From assembly GCF_964204645.1 (NCBI RefSeq), contig NC_134033.1, positions 4,984,231 through 5,048,230 of the forward strand: a stretch of DNA of 64,000 nt, in the 5' to 3' direction. This document shows positions 11,974 to 25,875 of this stretch, piece after piece. The notes below the pieces were generated by a model. That model was not told the origin of the DNA. It made no database searches and saw only the letters and a program-made list of their open reading frames with translations. How positions within the stretch are numbered: the first letter of the stretch is position 1; each line of letters starts with the position of its first letter. Position numbers and translations under genes: made by a program. This DNA comes from Tubulanus polymorphus. Its lineage: Eukaryota > Animalia > Nemertea.

Positions 11974-14867
11974 CTGTAAAAATTTAAAATCAATCTCATG
12001 TTGAATATACAATCGATATAAACATTATCTCACGTTAGTTATTGCCGCGTAGTTGGTTTGGATTTTGTCGTTGCGGTTTATTTTTCGACCTAAGTGTATT
12101 GCATTTTCTTAAACCGAGATTAGAGTGAAAACGTGTATCTATTTACACGTCTATAATTGCGAATCGTAACTAAAACGCTGCATCTATAAAAGGCTACGCT
12201 GAGCCTGTTATCCGCTTTAGTAATGTTTGATTACTTGATAATCAGCAAGACATCATTGATTAACAAAATGATGTAATAATAGCCTTTACTTGGGAATTTG
12301 ACGCCAACGTCGGATGGCAACGGCGGATCTTGGCTCTGATTCAGTGAGGAATGCCCCCCCCCCAAGAATAGGGCATATCGTGATAAAAAGGGGACCCCGA
12401 AAAAAAACCAATAGACAAAAATTAACAGTTTTCTTTAGAAATACTTATGAATTTAAACTTCTTTTGGTATCAATATTTCTCGTTTACTCGTAAATTTTCA
12501 GCGCAACTTGATAATAATGTCTAGAAGGGGACCCCCGGCCTGCACTCTCTCATTGGAACCACGCCTGGAGAGAGGGTTACAGGGCGAGAGAGGTGATCAG
12601 TATATTTGAGAGTTTCTAATGAGCGTCTGTTATGATAACGGCTGAAGGTTTTAGGTCACACGTGGCCTGTGTTGACCACTAGACTGGATAAACTAAAAAT
12701 AGAAAATTCGCGCTTTGGAAAAGTTCGTTAGCTTTTAATTTTAAGTCTTCTAGTTACACCCACACGATTTCCGTCGAGAGTTCGAGCACAAATATTACAA
12801 TGAAGTGATTTCATCAAATACAAATTTAGTGACTCAAGGGAAGGCTCAAAACTTCTGGAATCAGTCCCACACGTGGTATCTTATTTATCTAAACGTTTTG
12901 TTTATGTTAATCATATATTTGTAGCTTTGTAAACCAGGCCATTTCACGCCTTTTTGATAATGTTAGCTATTAGTAGTTACTATGTAGCACGTGTATCTTT
13001 GTGTGCACTAGCAAAGAACCCATCCCGGTGGAGGCCACTGGTGGCGGTATGATACTATCAGTGAGCCTAAAAATAAACGACTGCGACTATGCCGTATAAT
13101 GTTATAAGTCATTGAAGCAGTGGTGATATGTTTTCCGTGTTTATCGCAGTTCCCGCATTTCTTTGGACTGACAAAATTGGCGTTTGATATATCAAACAGA
13201 TAGCTATATGCAAAAAGTCGCTAAGATAAATCACGGACTCTAAAACGAATAAATACATTATCTCCACTAACATGAGGCAGATGAAGCGGGTTCAGGTCAC
13301 ACGCGTATCTGCCGGCAAGCACACGATGGTTCGACCACACAACTTTTTGAAGCTCGATTTCTCAATTATTGTTGACCCGGTTGGCAAAATAAATAAAATT
13401 TGTGTCTTAATTTTTGTTCACACACACACACAACACCAGCTGAGCGTAGATGCAGCAGTGCATTGACCCATACATGGATGAACAAGAAATCATAATCAAA
13501 AATATGATTGTCGATAAACGAAATCAGTCATCAAGTACTACGGATATCAATTAAAATGAGTATCATTATATCAACTATGTGAGAGTCACTGAAGTTGATT
13601 CGATACGATTTTTATCAAAGGTTTAGTCTTTTTATTGTAGAAATATATTGCCTTCTCTTACCAGAAAGGAAGACTATTAAAAATGCGCCAGATTGGCTAG
13701 ATTTTTCTCTAGCCAATATAGAAGTATTTCTCTCGACTAGTCGAGACGAGAGTTGTGTCGAGGAAAATCGGGCGTAACAAAGTCGAGGAGTCGAGAGTAA
13801 TCTAACCAATCAACATACAGCATATTCGCGCGCATTTTGACACAACTTTGTTTATTTTTCTATCAGAAGTTGAGAAATCGAGAATTTGAGACAACTCAAT
13901 TTCTCTTCAAAAAGTCGAGTGTGTGATGCTAGGTTTACACACACACACGTGTACATTCTAAACTGATCTACGTAATCAAATATGAAATTTTTCTGTTATT
14001 ATCTAAATTGTGGATACTTTTCCAAAACTAAAAGAGATCATTTTTCGACTTTCTGGCATATTTTTCTAACCTTCCAATCATCTCAATGTAAATAAAGATA
14101 ATTATTATTCATTATTCTATATCAAACAAATGCCAGTATTACTGTGTCCGAATAAAGCGAGGTTCCCTTTTATATAATGAGATCACATCGTCGAAAACTC
14201 AGGCGATTTTTAGATCTATTGAATATATTTCTAGATCTCGGTTATTGTCATTTTTCCCATTGTAGAATCTCTCATTTCATGCTTATGTTACTAGATACAA
14301 AATCTTAAGGTAACTTACGAGAATCCTCTAATAACAATTCATTAAACGCCTTCACAAATTCTGATCTCGAGTTCACTGTCCGCTTTAAACATTCGGGGAG
14401 GTTTTCGGTGATCAACTGGGACAGCTTGTAGCGCTTTGTGGTATTCGAAGTCGAAATCTGTGGAAAAAAGGTTGCGTTATAGAGCTCTGTTCACGTTCAC
14501 TGTAAGAGAAGCGAAATTTGAACTTACATACCTTCACCCATCCAATCGAGCCGGCTTGTTTTATGTCTTTTATATGTACAGAGATATCGTTGTCATTAAC
14601 CAACCATGCGTCGTTTCCGTGAAACGTAAACCCCACGGTCCTTCGACGTTTATATTGCGATCCATCTTCACGTTCGTTTTATTTTCGGATACTGAAAAAA
14701 TATAATAGTAGATATAAAAGGTTCATCCTCTGGAAATCCTATTTCAATGTCTTTGCTATCGGGAAAAACATTTGTATTTCATTTCATCGTTTTTGTTGAA
14801 GAAGAGCAGTTGTTAAAATACAATACATGGGTGTGTTTAGGAGTAGGCCTAGTGATGATTTTAACAA

Positions 14868-15437
14868 CAAGCCCATAGCCAGGGGGGGGGGGTTGTCCGT
14901 TCGAACGAACGCCCCTTTATAGGAAATGCCCTTAGTGATTTCGGTAATTTTTTCAGCCAACTTGTTACGAATTATTACACGCTTTATTACACTTGTTTGA
15001 GGTCAATTGATCATCGCTTTTGCGCATCAATCGAAACACTACTGCCTGAGCTATCGAATATGTAAAAGGGTTCAGAGGCACCACTTGAGATGTTCAGTGT
15101 AGGCCACATCCTACCAGCGACTCAGCAACAGATTCAAATTCACCAGCTGTTGCAAAAATATACGCGGGAAAAAACCTAAGACGAATGTAGTTAGCAAACA
15201 TTTTAATTTGAACTATTGAACATCCAGAGTTACTTCTATTAGCGGTGAATAAATGTCATTCTCACATTTCAAATGGTTATACTGAAATGCATTTGTTTTT
15301 TTTGTATTGTTTGTGGAATAACTACAGAATTCTGTTTTTAAGCACACGATGCTCGCTTTCCTGGGATACAAAACATGCAGAAGTGCCCTTTTTATAATTC
15401 AAACAACGCCCATTTCAAAATCCGGGCTACGGGTTTG
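14868..15437. mobile_element. MITE-like non-autonomous element
   Basis: Imperfect TIRs CAAGCCCATAGCCAGG / CCGGGCTACGGGTTTG with a G-run after the left TIR; no clear TSD. Confidence 0.55.
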
Positions 15438-15972
15438 AAGAAGGCACGATATTGATAACCCATTTACACGGACTTGGTCATTCAAAAGTCTGTTAGACTT
15501 ATATCAGTATCGATACTAAAACCCGTTAATTATAACTAAGTATAGATAAAATCTTACCTTCGAATAGAAGAATAAGTAAATTCTGCTGCTCAGCTCCAAA
15601 CGGATATGCTCACTCGATAAAACCTATCGTGCGAATGATTCTGATAACGCGTTGACCTACAACGACTGCACAAACTGACAGCAGGATGCACTGTTTTCGC
15701 TCAGCATCTGCTACCATCCGCCGCAGTTCGGTAGCTTTGTATATTTTCTGTTCTTGACCTTTTCTCACATATGCGTGTTTGGACCGCAAATCTTGGTGTT
15801 GGACATTCCAATGTAAAACGTTTCTTCGCGCATAAGCGGTAAAAGCGATTAATTGTTTCCAGATTACGCATATCATATAGGCCTCTGAGTTTAATCAAAA
15901 GCTTTTACACAATGTCCAGTCACGTATAGAAGAGCAAATTAAAGTACATCTCATAGTTTTAGTTCTCAAATG

Positions 15973-16439
15973 CAGGCGCGGATCCAGACTATCGCACATG
16001 CAGCACGTGCGGTAGTTGCAGTTTTCAAATGCCCTTGAAAAATTTATGTTTCGAGGAAAAAGTTAAATAAAAGGGCACACAATTTGTGCGCCATAATAAG
16101 TAATTGCCTTTCTGTACTAGGCCTAAAGCAAAATGTGAATGAAATTGCCCAAATCAAAAAAGGCAATCTAAGGCATTTTCCTTTACTCAAAAGGGCACTA
16201 TTACAAAATAGACATTATTGTTGCTCTATAAATTCAATTGAAAAAGGGTAAATTTCGCCAAAAATCTAAAAAAGGCACAAGCAAATTGAATGTGAAGACA
16301 GATTTAGTGGCATGATACCAATAAATGGCACTCAAACTCAAACTCGCTAGTTGGGCATTAATACTGGCCCTTTTCAAAGTTGGTGCCCTTTTTTCACCGT
16401 GCAGTAAGTCGTCACTGAATGCCCCTGGATCCAGGCCTG
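15973..16439. mobile_element. MITE with 15-bp TIRs and 5-bp TSD (AAATG)
   Basis: CAGGCGCGGATCCAG ... CTGGATCCAGGCCTG; AAATG at 15968-15972 and 16440-16444; many internal GGGCA/TGCCC motifs. Confidence 0.75.
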
Positions 16440-17111
16440 AAATGGACAGTCACAAAGATTTAAATCATCTTTCGCTTTTGGGGCTAGATTTCTTTTAGTC
16501 ACAGGAAACACATATTATATATTGGTGGTATCTGATGGATCGTGAACGTTTCTCAAATGAACAGCGCACAGCGTTTTGAATTTCAGATAAACTGTTAAAA
16601 CGGTTTAACTCACTTTGTCAATGCAAATATCTTTGTGGCCAAAATGAAACTCACTGACGTGTATTTTCAATATTGTTTGTCCACCCCCCGTCCTTCACGT
16701 CATGTTCGTTAAGGCCGAGCGAGCTTCGCCCTTCGTCAGTTTAACATTAACATTTTTTATGAACCCCCTCCAGGAAAAACCATGGATCCGCGCCTGTGTC
16801 TGTCTGTATAAACGCGGTCAGAGTATGCTTACGCCATTTGAATCCATGCATACAATGAGAAATATGGATATCACAATTTTAATAAAAGCTGCAAGATATT
16901 TATATACTTAGGTGAACTCCACAATTTTTAGATATCCGAAACATTGCCCCCCAGTTCCAATCCTCACTGCCCAAGTCTATTGCCTAACCAATGTGACAAT
17001 ATTATCAGCAGGCCTAATGGTTGGCTGGATTTGAAACCCCCCCCCCCCCCCCCCACTCTCGTCAGCAAAAGTTCCACTCTGGACTCAATCGAAAATAAAA
17101 CATGTCGGGAT

Positions 17112-17523
17112 CAGGGGTGGATCGAGGACTTTTGTAGGGGTTGAGTCCGGGAAAGTAAAAAGGAACCATATTAAATGTTACTGTAATGACGATGCAACAC
17201 GCACAACGACATTACATAGACATCCGACTGTTAGGGGCTACTCGACTATAGAAACGTTTTGAAAATTTGAGAAGAATGTGTTGTAAGATTTCCACGAAGT
17301 TGAACAATGAAATCCATGATAATAATCGTAACATACACAACACCACGACCACAATCACAATACCATCGTATATTCATCATTTTGCACTTCTGTTTGTGTG
17401 CTAATTCACCATAATTTAAAAATGGTCACTTAGGATTTCTTGGAGTAGACGTTTGTAGGGACCTTCCAATTTATGGAGGGGGGATACGGACCCCTTCGGA
17501 CCCCTCTCAATCCGCCCGGCCTG
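17112..17523. mobile_element. Degenerate MITE of the CAGG..GGATC type
   Basis: CAGGGGTGGATCGAGG at left, CTCAATCCGCCCGGCCTG at right; related orphan ends at ~12322-12567 and ~16780-16796. Confidence 0.4.
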
Positions 17524-18139
17524 AGGATCACCGCCATAAATCTTTATCATCGACAAGGCTGATTTTATTTCTTTAATCTTTAGTATAGTGCATCTCTCTG
17601 GTTATATTACGGTTGTTTTTTTGTGCGCAACTATATTCATAACTCTGAATAGTTAAGTAACTACGGGGAATCACAAAACCTATCTTCAGAGCATGGACAT
17701 TCAAACATTCTCTGGAGTAGTCAAAACTGTTTCAAAAGTTTAGGACAAAATTAATTCATTCAGATTTCATTTCATTCCGTCAATTATGCAACACTCCAAC
17801 TTGATATAATCGAAAATATGAAATGAAGGAGACACGCGTCGTAGCCGTTGTTATGTAACTATAATCAATATTTTATTCAGATTAAACACGTGGAAATTTA
17901 GAATCTAATACTGCCTTCGGGTCACTTGCACAACACTTGCTACAAAAACATAGCCATGCGCTCTCCTTATGTGCTTACTTCATCGGCCTTCAAGGTTTTG
18001 AGTTCTTTTCCATTGAATAAATTAGCTTGAACTTAAACTAGTCGAGTTCAAAGACAGTCTTTTATAAAAAATAGATGCACACTATAAACCTATGGCATGT
18101 GGTCTATAGAAAAGTCGTTATCTCCAGAAGGCGGACTCG

Positions 18140-18549
18140 ACGAACGTAACCGGGTGTTTGAACATCTCCGAATCACCAAATCGCCGAATTCGGTTGAAAT
18201 TCAGTAGGATACATTGATTAATGCAATTTGTTAACATTTTTACCGCTATAGTGAAACAAACTTGTTACTAAGTGCGTTTAAAAAGTACGTTGGGGAATTC
18301 ATCGTTCACGGTTTAGAAATGTTATTCGTGTTACCTGTTAGGACTAATATTTCATACCCAATGTATAAATATAAGTGTGGCCATGCGACGGTCAATGCAC
18401 AAAACTGTATCCAATATAAAGTCCAACGGGGCCTGGCGCGGATCTAGTTTTAGAATACGGATCATCTTTCTATCTAAATAGCAAATTTATATTTTGTATT
18501 TATTTATTTTAACCGGCTTCAAAACTAACATAAGCATTTCTGTACATTT

Positions 18550-18614
<65 letters not shown>

Positions 18615-20290
18615 TGATTTTAAAGATAGATACTGATTTTTCCCGTATCGATATTTTGAATAGACGCAAACATTTGAACGTAAGCTGTTCAAAACTGCAT
18701 AACCGCAAATTTGGCTTTTTTCCTCATAATCAACTGTTATATCTAGATCTATTTGGACCTTGAATTATATCCGTTTAAGTTTATCTCATTTACCGTTAAC
18801 TCCTGCCCTAAACCCATAAAAGGATGGTTTCTTATTATCTGGTGTTAAGTATAAACAAGGACTTCAAACTAGTTTTTCAAATGATATCTAGTCTACCGTT
18901 TTCGGAGTGATGATTGGTCCTCATTTTTTAGAATAGCGTTCTGTGTCCGAGGCCAATCTCATTTATAAACTACAGTTAATGGCGGATTTGAAATATGTTA
19001 CTTGCTTTTCAATCCGCTCAAAGCTGACTAGATCAATCGCATGCATCGTAGATATATGCTAATGTCATATACCGATAAACCGATGATCGAATGAATAATG
19101 AATAATAGTCAGAGTGTATTCATGTCAATCTTACAACTCTTCTTCAATTCACTTTCAATGTGTGGCAGATATTATATCAATTTGTGCGTGCAGGATCTGG
19201 TTCCTTCAGGAACTTTCAATTTATTGAATCAAATTCTCAAAAGTAATATTTAATCTCGAACTGGATGGAACTGGTGTCACGGTGTATCTTCAGCAGCTCT
19301 GAATTTCGATTTGAAAAAAATTTAAGATTCTTTTATAACAATCCCGATCAGAAAATGATTCTAAATCCCGGCAAGAAAAAAGGGTAGCATTCAATTATGA
19401 AATGCGAGTTCGACAGTTTATTGATTCGTTGATGAAAACTTTTTAGTGGAGTTCGAGTTATGCCTTTTTTGTTTTTGAATGTCATTTGGTTTCTTTCTCA
19501 GTAATAAACAACAATGTTCGCGTAGCTTTGAGATGGCTGAGACCTGTCAAATGAAGCAACACGTGTGTATGTGTACTTTAGTCTCGCTTGTAGTTTTCAC
19601 AGGGATTAGTCAGACCATATGGCCCGTTACTATGTTGTATAGCTGACCTGATATCTAAATCTGTTTTCGTAAAAGTTCCCTGGTTTGCTGGGATGATGGG
19701 AATAGTTCGTATGCGTGCACAGGTTTCTTTCCGAGGCTCCAATAATGTTCATCTGGCACATACGTACCAGGCAGGGTTGTTAAGTTTGAACTTCGCCGAA
19801 TTACCAGATCGTCGAATCACCGATTTCATTTGAAATTCAATTAAATACACTGATTAATTAGATTCATTGACGGGACATTTTTACCGGTAAAATGAAGTTA
19901 TTTCTCAGTGCGTTTTAAAGCACTTGGTGAATTCATCGTTCGCGGCTTAAAATATGTTAATATTTTATATCCATATGTATATGTATATATAAATATATAT
20001 ATAAATATTAGTGTGCCCATGCGAGGGGATACAACAATGTATCAAGTCCAGCCGGGAAAATCTTCCCTAGGATAATTTAGTCTTTTAAATCAAGAAATTC
20101 CTTAGTTTGAGCTAAACTACCACTATTGCAGCAATACAACACATCTATCATTATGTCGTATCTAGTTTTGATAGTCGGATCGTCCTAATCTCAATAGAAA
20201 ATTTCATTTTGCATTTGTTTGTCTACTAATTGATTAAATAATCAAAATGCCTTGATCGAATTTGGTGATTCGTCGGCGAGTCAGAAAAGC
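18140..20290. repeat. Two diverged copies of a ~400-bp interspersed repeat (about 18140-18500 and 19780-20290)
   Basis: Shared collinear blocks TGAAATTCA..ATACA(T/C)TGATTAAT, GAATTCATCGTTC, TGTG.CCATGCGA, ATCTAGTTTT..CGGATC. Confidence 0.6.
18553..18611. repeat. (TA)n microsatellite
   Basis: Directly visible. Confidence 0.97.
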
Positions 20291-21779
20291 GATCAGGAAG
20301 CGTCTACCACAGTTTCGATAGATTTCCTTTGATAACATTTTGAACATTAACACTCTACTCGTAATTACAATTTACTGATACTCTATGTATAATTTGGTGG
20401 AAATTGTTCGAACGGATTTTAACTTAAAATGCGTATTACTTTGCTTTGTTCTTTTAATAAAATATTTATGATAGGGAGCTTAAATGACACAGAAATTTCC
20501 TGTTTGTAGCAATTGCATTAATCACTTGAATATCTTGTCTGACGCACAGCCGTATTAGAAATAGATCAAAAAACAAAATACGTTAATCATCGAGTCCCAT
20601 ATTTGCTAAGTTGGAATATGTATCAGCTACAACGTTTCAGTTGCACCGCTCACCGCTTAAAATGGCCTGCTATCGCCCATGAATTGACGACGGGCTTTTG
20701 AATCAGATCATGGACATTAACTAATTTATACGTCTACGATCAGATTGACCTCGGACAGTCAAAGATATTTCATCATTCTTCTAACTACACCATATGAGAG
20801 TCTGGGGGATGTTTGCAGTTTGGATAAAATAAGATGTTTGATTCTTTATCAAAAAGTTCTTGAAAACAGATTCAGAGCGCGTACAAAATGTGTCAAACTT
20901 AAGTGGATAAACCGTAAACGATGTACAAATAATTATATGTATCGTTAACATCATCGAGGAAAGGAATTGTTCCATCTTAGATTAATCGGACTGAATCAGT
21001 CTGATTACTCCGAGGTTCCATCAATTTGAATTCACTGGTGAATACTATAGAGTAACTGGTGTATTTAGTATAACAAACCTATTCCAATTTGGATAGTGCT
21101 CACATCCACAGGAACCCGCGAGTAAGATTTTTATAGTTGCATTACTTGCCCCTTCTAAGTATCTGAGAAGTTACACTTGCTAGAAAAGGTCTTGCCAACC
21201 TCCAAAAAGTAGTCACATGGAAGGTCTCGACTACAGATATGGCCGCGGGTCTAAGGGTCGGATTCTGCTCGCGGGGGTCTATGGTCCAATTTTAAGCATT
21301 GCATATTTAGATTAGACCCCCTTATATCTGCCTGTGAAGTTTCAGGGCCCGGTCCGTAATATATGGTCGCTTTTAGTTTTCGCATATAATTTTTTCGATC
21401 GCTATATTAAAATATTGTCCATAATGGAACGTTTTGCCTCCATCGCTAGAATTCACGGAGCGCTAATTATAAAAATAATGAAATGTCTAATAGCGAAAGT
21501 AAGCAGTTTTTTTTGCTTTTGAGTATATCGTCAAATTTAAAATGTGTGTATGATTTAGTAATTTGTTACATATTATTACTTTCATGAATATAGATTGAAT
21601 ATGAACGATATAACAGTAACAGTAATAATAATCACGCGAATTTCATTAGGGTTTTCTGTGATGTAACAGAAAACCTTAATTATTCCTTTATGCCTCAGTG
21701 ATCATATGTAAACGGAAGAATAGTCTTGATTGAGTTGATTGAGAGAAATGTGATAATGTACATTATGTATTTCAGATAA

Positions 21780-22080
21780 AAAGAACAATATCCAGTTCGC
21801 GTTTTTTTTCACAGCTAGAATTCATTTTACTAAGACTTGTCTAAACCAATACTTAAATCGAATCCCACTTTGTCTAAACTTATTCATCACCAACAGAGAC
21901 ATCTCCACAACTACAACATTGGTTTGATAAACACAGCGAAATATAAACTCAAGAAATATAAGGAGTCCACATACTTCGGTATCAAAATATGTTTTCGATC
22001 AAGGTTTAATAAAGTGTGGTCGTATTCTTCATTTCTCAGGTCGAAACAGACCCGACAAAAACTAATTCTAAAACAGTAGT
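21780..22080 (+). mobile_element. Decayed L2/CR1-group LINE 3' fragment
   Basis: HLHNYNIG...KESTYFGIKIC...YSSFLRS resembles the HxYNTR...y.G.kiWN...Fk terminus of L2-group ORF2. Confidence 0.45.
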
Positions 22081-23872
22081 ATTCAAAAAAAATGTCTTAG
22101 TGTGTTGATCTAAATATAATTTGCTGTAGTAACGCACGTTCAGAAAATCTCAACACCGTCAATGCAGTAATTCTACTTTTTCTTACGTTTCAAATTGTGT
22201 CTCAGTTCATGTTTCGATATTTTAGTAACCTCATAGGGTAGGAAAATGGGATTTCTTGTCACTTTGATACGTAATGGAATTTCAGCGGCAAAATCTGGAA
22301 AATGTTATTGGCATAAAACAAAACAATGCATCAGCTAGAAAGAAATAATTTTCTTTCAAATTGACCGATGAAGTCAGTAGTTGTTTCAACATCTGTTGTT
22401 TTTATTACTTCTAAAACGTCGGAATTGAAGACTCTTCAAATTGACATATATTCGATGTTATTCTCACATCTATAAAGTGACTTCGATTGGGCAATATCTG
22501 GAGATTTCAACTTCCACCTGTTTTACATAAAATGTATGAGCATGGATGTATAATCCAGGCCAGTGATACGATACGCCTACGGGTGGTGATGAGTTATATC
22601 GGTACATTTACATATCTAGCGTATGCGCGGGCTGTTTTGAATTCGCAGTGAGTTGTATGGAGATCGTGAACGAAGGGAGATTGGATTCGAGCCGCCGTAT
22701 CATTTAGTTTCTCCGGATCGGGATTAAGGATTGACACGAATTTAATACTTATAGTTTGAGGTAAGTAACTTTTTCGCTTATTACTTATATATTTTAAACA
22801 AGAATATTTCCTCTATCGAAGGAAGGCGACACAATGAGTAGCTATTACACATCTCCTATTCTTATCTTCACTCATGCACTCTTAGTTAGGCAAAGGGCTA
22901 AGTGGAATTTCTATTTTAATAGGAACATAAGCATAAAGGCCCGACCGTTCAACATACGACACTTTTTGATGACCTAATGCATGTCGCGGGAGGTCTGTTT
23001 TGCAATAATGAACCTCAATTGTTACTCATAAAAATGTACAATTCTCCTCTTATTACAGGAGCGTGGATACTTTAGGCCACCGGCTCCGAAAATGAAAGTG
23101 TCTGTAAAAGAATAAACGCGCAGCCATATAGTAGTTGATATTTAATGCAGCCCCAGTTATTCAAAATGAGATATTTTATATAGGCAATAATAAGAACTTG
23201 CATTTTTCAGGCAAAACACGGAAATTAAACTGATATTTCAAAAATAATTTAAACTTCAAAACAAAGAGTTTATCGCTTTCCAACAATTAAATGCTAGATA
23301 CTTATAGACAAAAGGGTATCTAATTTTGTGTTAGTTTGGGGTTGGTATTACAAATCAGGCGCAGTGGAACATTCATAATGATTAGTGGAAGGTTTTGAGA
23401 TTAGCAGTGGGCACTATAGGTTTTATTTGACCCGATTAATACTATGTTGCGTGTACTTCTATGCTGGGTTTCTATGAGATGTTAAATTTTGCGTCCGGGA
23501 TAGGATGTTTATACGTTTCAGTAATACATTTGAATAAATGAAAATATGTAGACTGACATAAATCATTGATATGCGATTGATCATCATTTGTATGAGTCAG
23601 CCGTAAAAAGGAACAAATGCTCAGCAAAGACGGCACCAGTGATATTAGTCTATGTGTTATAAAATAATCTTTATTTCACGCATCATTTAAATCATTTTAC
23701 GTGAAAAGTTTGTTTGTGTAAAGATAAAAGGCAGCAGTGGAAGAGCCATAGCCGTCCGCGGGCAGTATTGAATAGGGTCTGGGAAACATTTAAACCACCA
23801 CTATAAGTGTTGCTTAGCTTCCTTGACGATTTCACAGATCTGGTTAAAAGTTGACTTGTTAAACTAAAGCAC

Positions 23873-23966
23873 TGGACCCAGTTAAGAATTAAATGTACAG
23901 TTAGTAAATATTATGAACTATTAACTCGAGAGTTAACTCTTACATCTCAACTGTGGAACTGGGTCC
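23873..23966. mobile_element. Short TIR element (~95 bp)
   Basis: TGGACCCAGTT ... AACTGGGTCCA inverted ends with internal palindrome TTAACTC.AGAGTTAA. Confidence 0.5.
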
Positions 23967-25224
23967 AATATAATCTTTTCTCATGCAACTAAGTAGGCTC
24001 CTCCCATCCAAAGAATATTCCAGCAGCCGCCTGGATCAAATCGACCACCATTCCCTCTGTATTGAAATAACCCAGCATCGGTCCTGAGATCATGGACGTA
24101 TAAACTAGATTATAAGTCCATGTTCTAATGAAGACCCAGTCTTTCATCGTCATATTATACATCTAACTTTGAAGGAAAAACAATCCCATTAGTTAGCTGT
24201 TACTAGATTTGAATGACCTGTATTAGGTTCTTAATCTCTCGATGAAAATACATGTGTAATTGGAAAGATATTTCATGAACTTCCAGATTAAAATCATAGG
24301 TTAATTCGTGTACTGAAATCTTTATATATAGCGTTTTAAAAATTGTTTTGACTGTTCCTGAAAGTTGATGAGAAAACACAAAAATACGACTTGGGGAACT
24401 AGCTGTGTCTAAATGGATACAAGATATCAAAATGTTTTAGTAATTTAATTGAATAGCTCAATGTGAATCCTAGCTATTGTAACTTTTTGAGCCAACAGTT
24501 ATCAAATAAGGGTTTTTAGTTTAGATTCAGATTGAATGAATAATATTAGATGATACGCTAGGGCATTAGACTAGGGGAACAAGGATTATAAAACAAATAA
24601 GAATTAGAAAATGTGTAATTGGGATATCTAGGGACGGGAGTGTATATAGTATAGTGAATGGATTATCATTATTAGACAACTCTTGAATATATGGCCTCAA
24701 GCCCGGGGAGAGTGGTCGTCAGTGTGAACATCTAAGACTGTTTGGATAACTATTCAGTTAACAATTTGTACATTAGCAAAACAATTGCTCTGACTTTGGC
24801 TCTGACACATTGACAATAAATCCTCTCAACCTCTTGACACTACGAAGTTTGGATACAAATTTGAGAATGTTCACTCGGGTAGCACATCGAACCCTCCAAT
24901 CGTAGACATTTTTAGGAACTAATTCAACGAATAGTTGCATAATTTGGGATAATAAATTTGATAAAATGCAATATTGAACGGAGATCAGGGTCACAACTAC
25001 TACGGGTCAGTCACTGGAAGATTGAGCAAGAGCTACGAGCAATTATCTGAACGTTTAGATAATTGCTCGTAGGCAAGAGTAAATAAAAGAACATATAACA
25101 GCACGCGAACCTTGGATTTATTTTTGTAGAGCGGGAAGAACTATGTAAGTCATTGTTTACATGTGCTAGAATTGTTCTGCTCTATACACAATTCAATTCC
25201 TTCAAAGGTTGTGTCATAGATGAA

Positions 25225-25425
25225 AAGTGGCTTTAAGTTTGTAGAGATCATTTATTTTGAGAAGTTTTAATAAGCTGTTTGAAGCGTGGTTCAGAGTGGG
25301 CAGTGAAGTTAGGCTTGGTAATAATTCGAGTTAGTTGTTTTTGAAGCGAAATATATTTTTTTGTGTTTATGGTGAGTGACCCCATGATAATAAACCATGT
25401 TTATATGAGGAAGGACAAGTGCATC
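25225..25425 (-). mobile_element. Decayed L2/CR1-group LINE fragment (RT C-terminal region)
   Basis: With frameshifts reads ALVLPHIN.GLLSWG...LQKQLTRIITKPNFTAHSEPRFKQL.KLLKINDLYKL. Confidence 0.65.
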
Positions 25426-25875
25426 GATCGAGGATGAGTTGATTTTGGTTTAGAATTTGACTGCATTTATAGATGATACCCAGGCCTTGTGAAATTATTT
25501 TGTGACCTTTTCGGTCATATCCATCGATACGCGCGCACCAAAGTCAGTTGCTAAAAGTTTGATATACGCTAGATTTAAGGGATAATATAGTAACGGGCTG
25601 CGAGAGAGGTCAACGAGCCTGCAACCTTCTCTACAAATAATTCATTTCACACGTTTTTCCATCATTTCCTTTCTTTAAAAAGCAGAAATATGACGGTGGA
25701 AATATGAAACTCCAATACACGAAAATGCAAGAATATGCGATTTTTGTTCGTCGGCATCAAATGCTTTAGGGCCTATGTATACGAATTCACTAAACAGCAT
25801 GAAAATATATTAAGTTCTAATTTTTGAAGTATATTAGCATTTTGTAATTCATTTGTCTTAATTTCTATTTGACAG

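Noticed and set aside
14412-15898. Short ORFs in the transposon core (14412-14705, 15610-15898)
   Set aside because: No recognisable motifs and no consistent splice chain linking them to either element gene.
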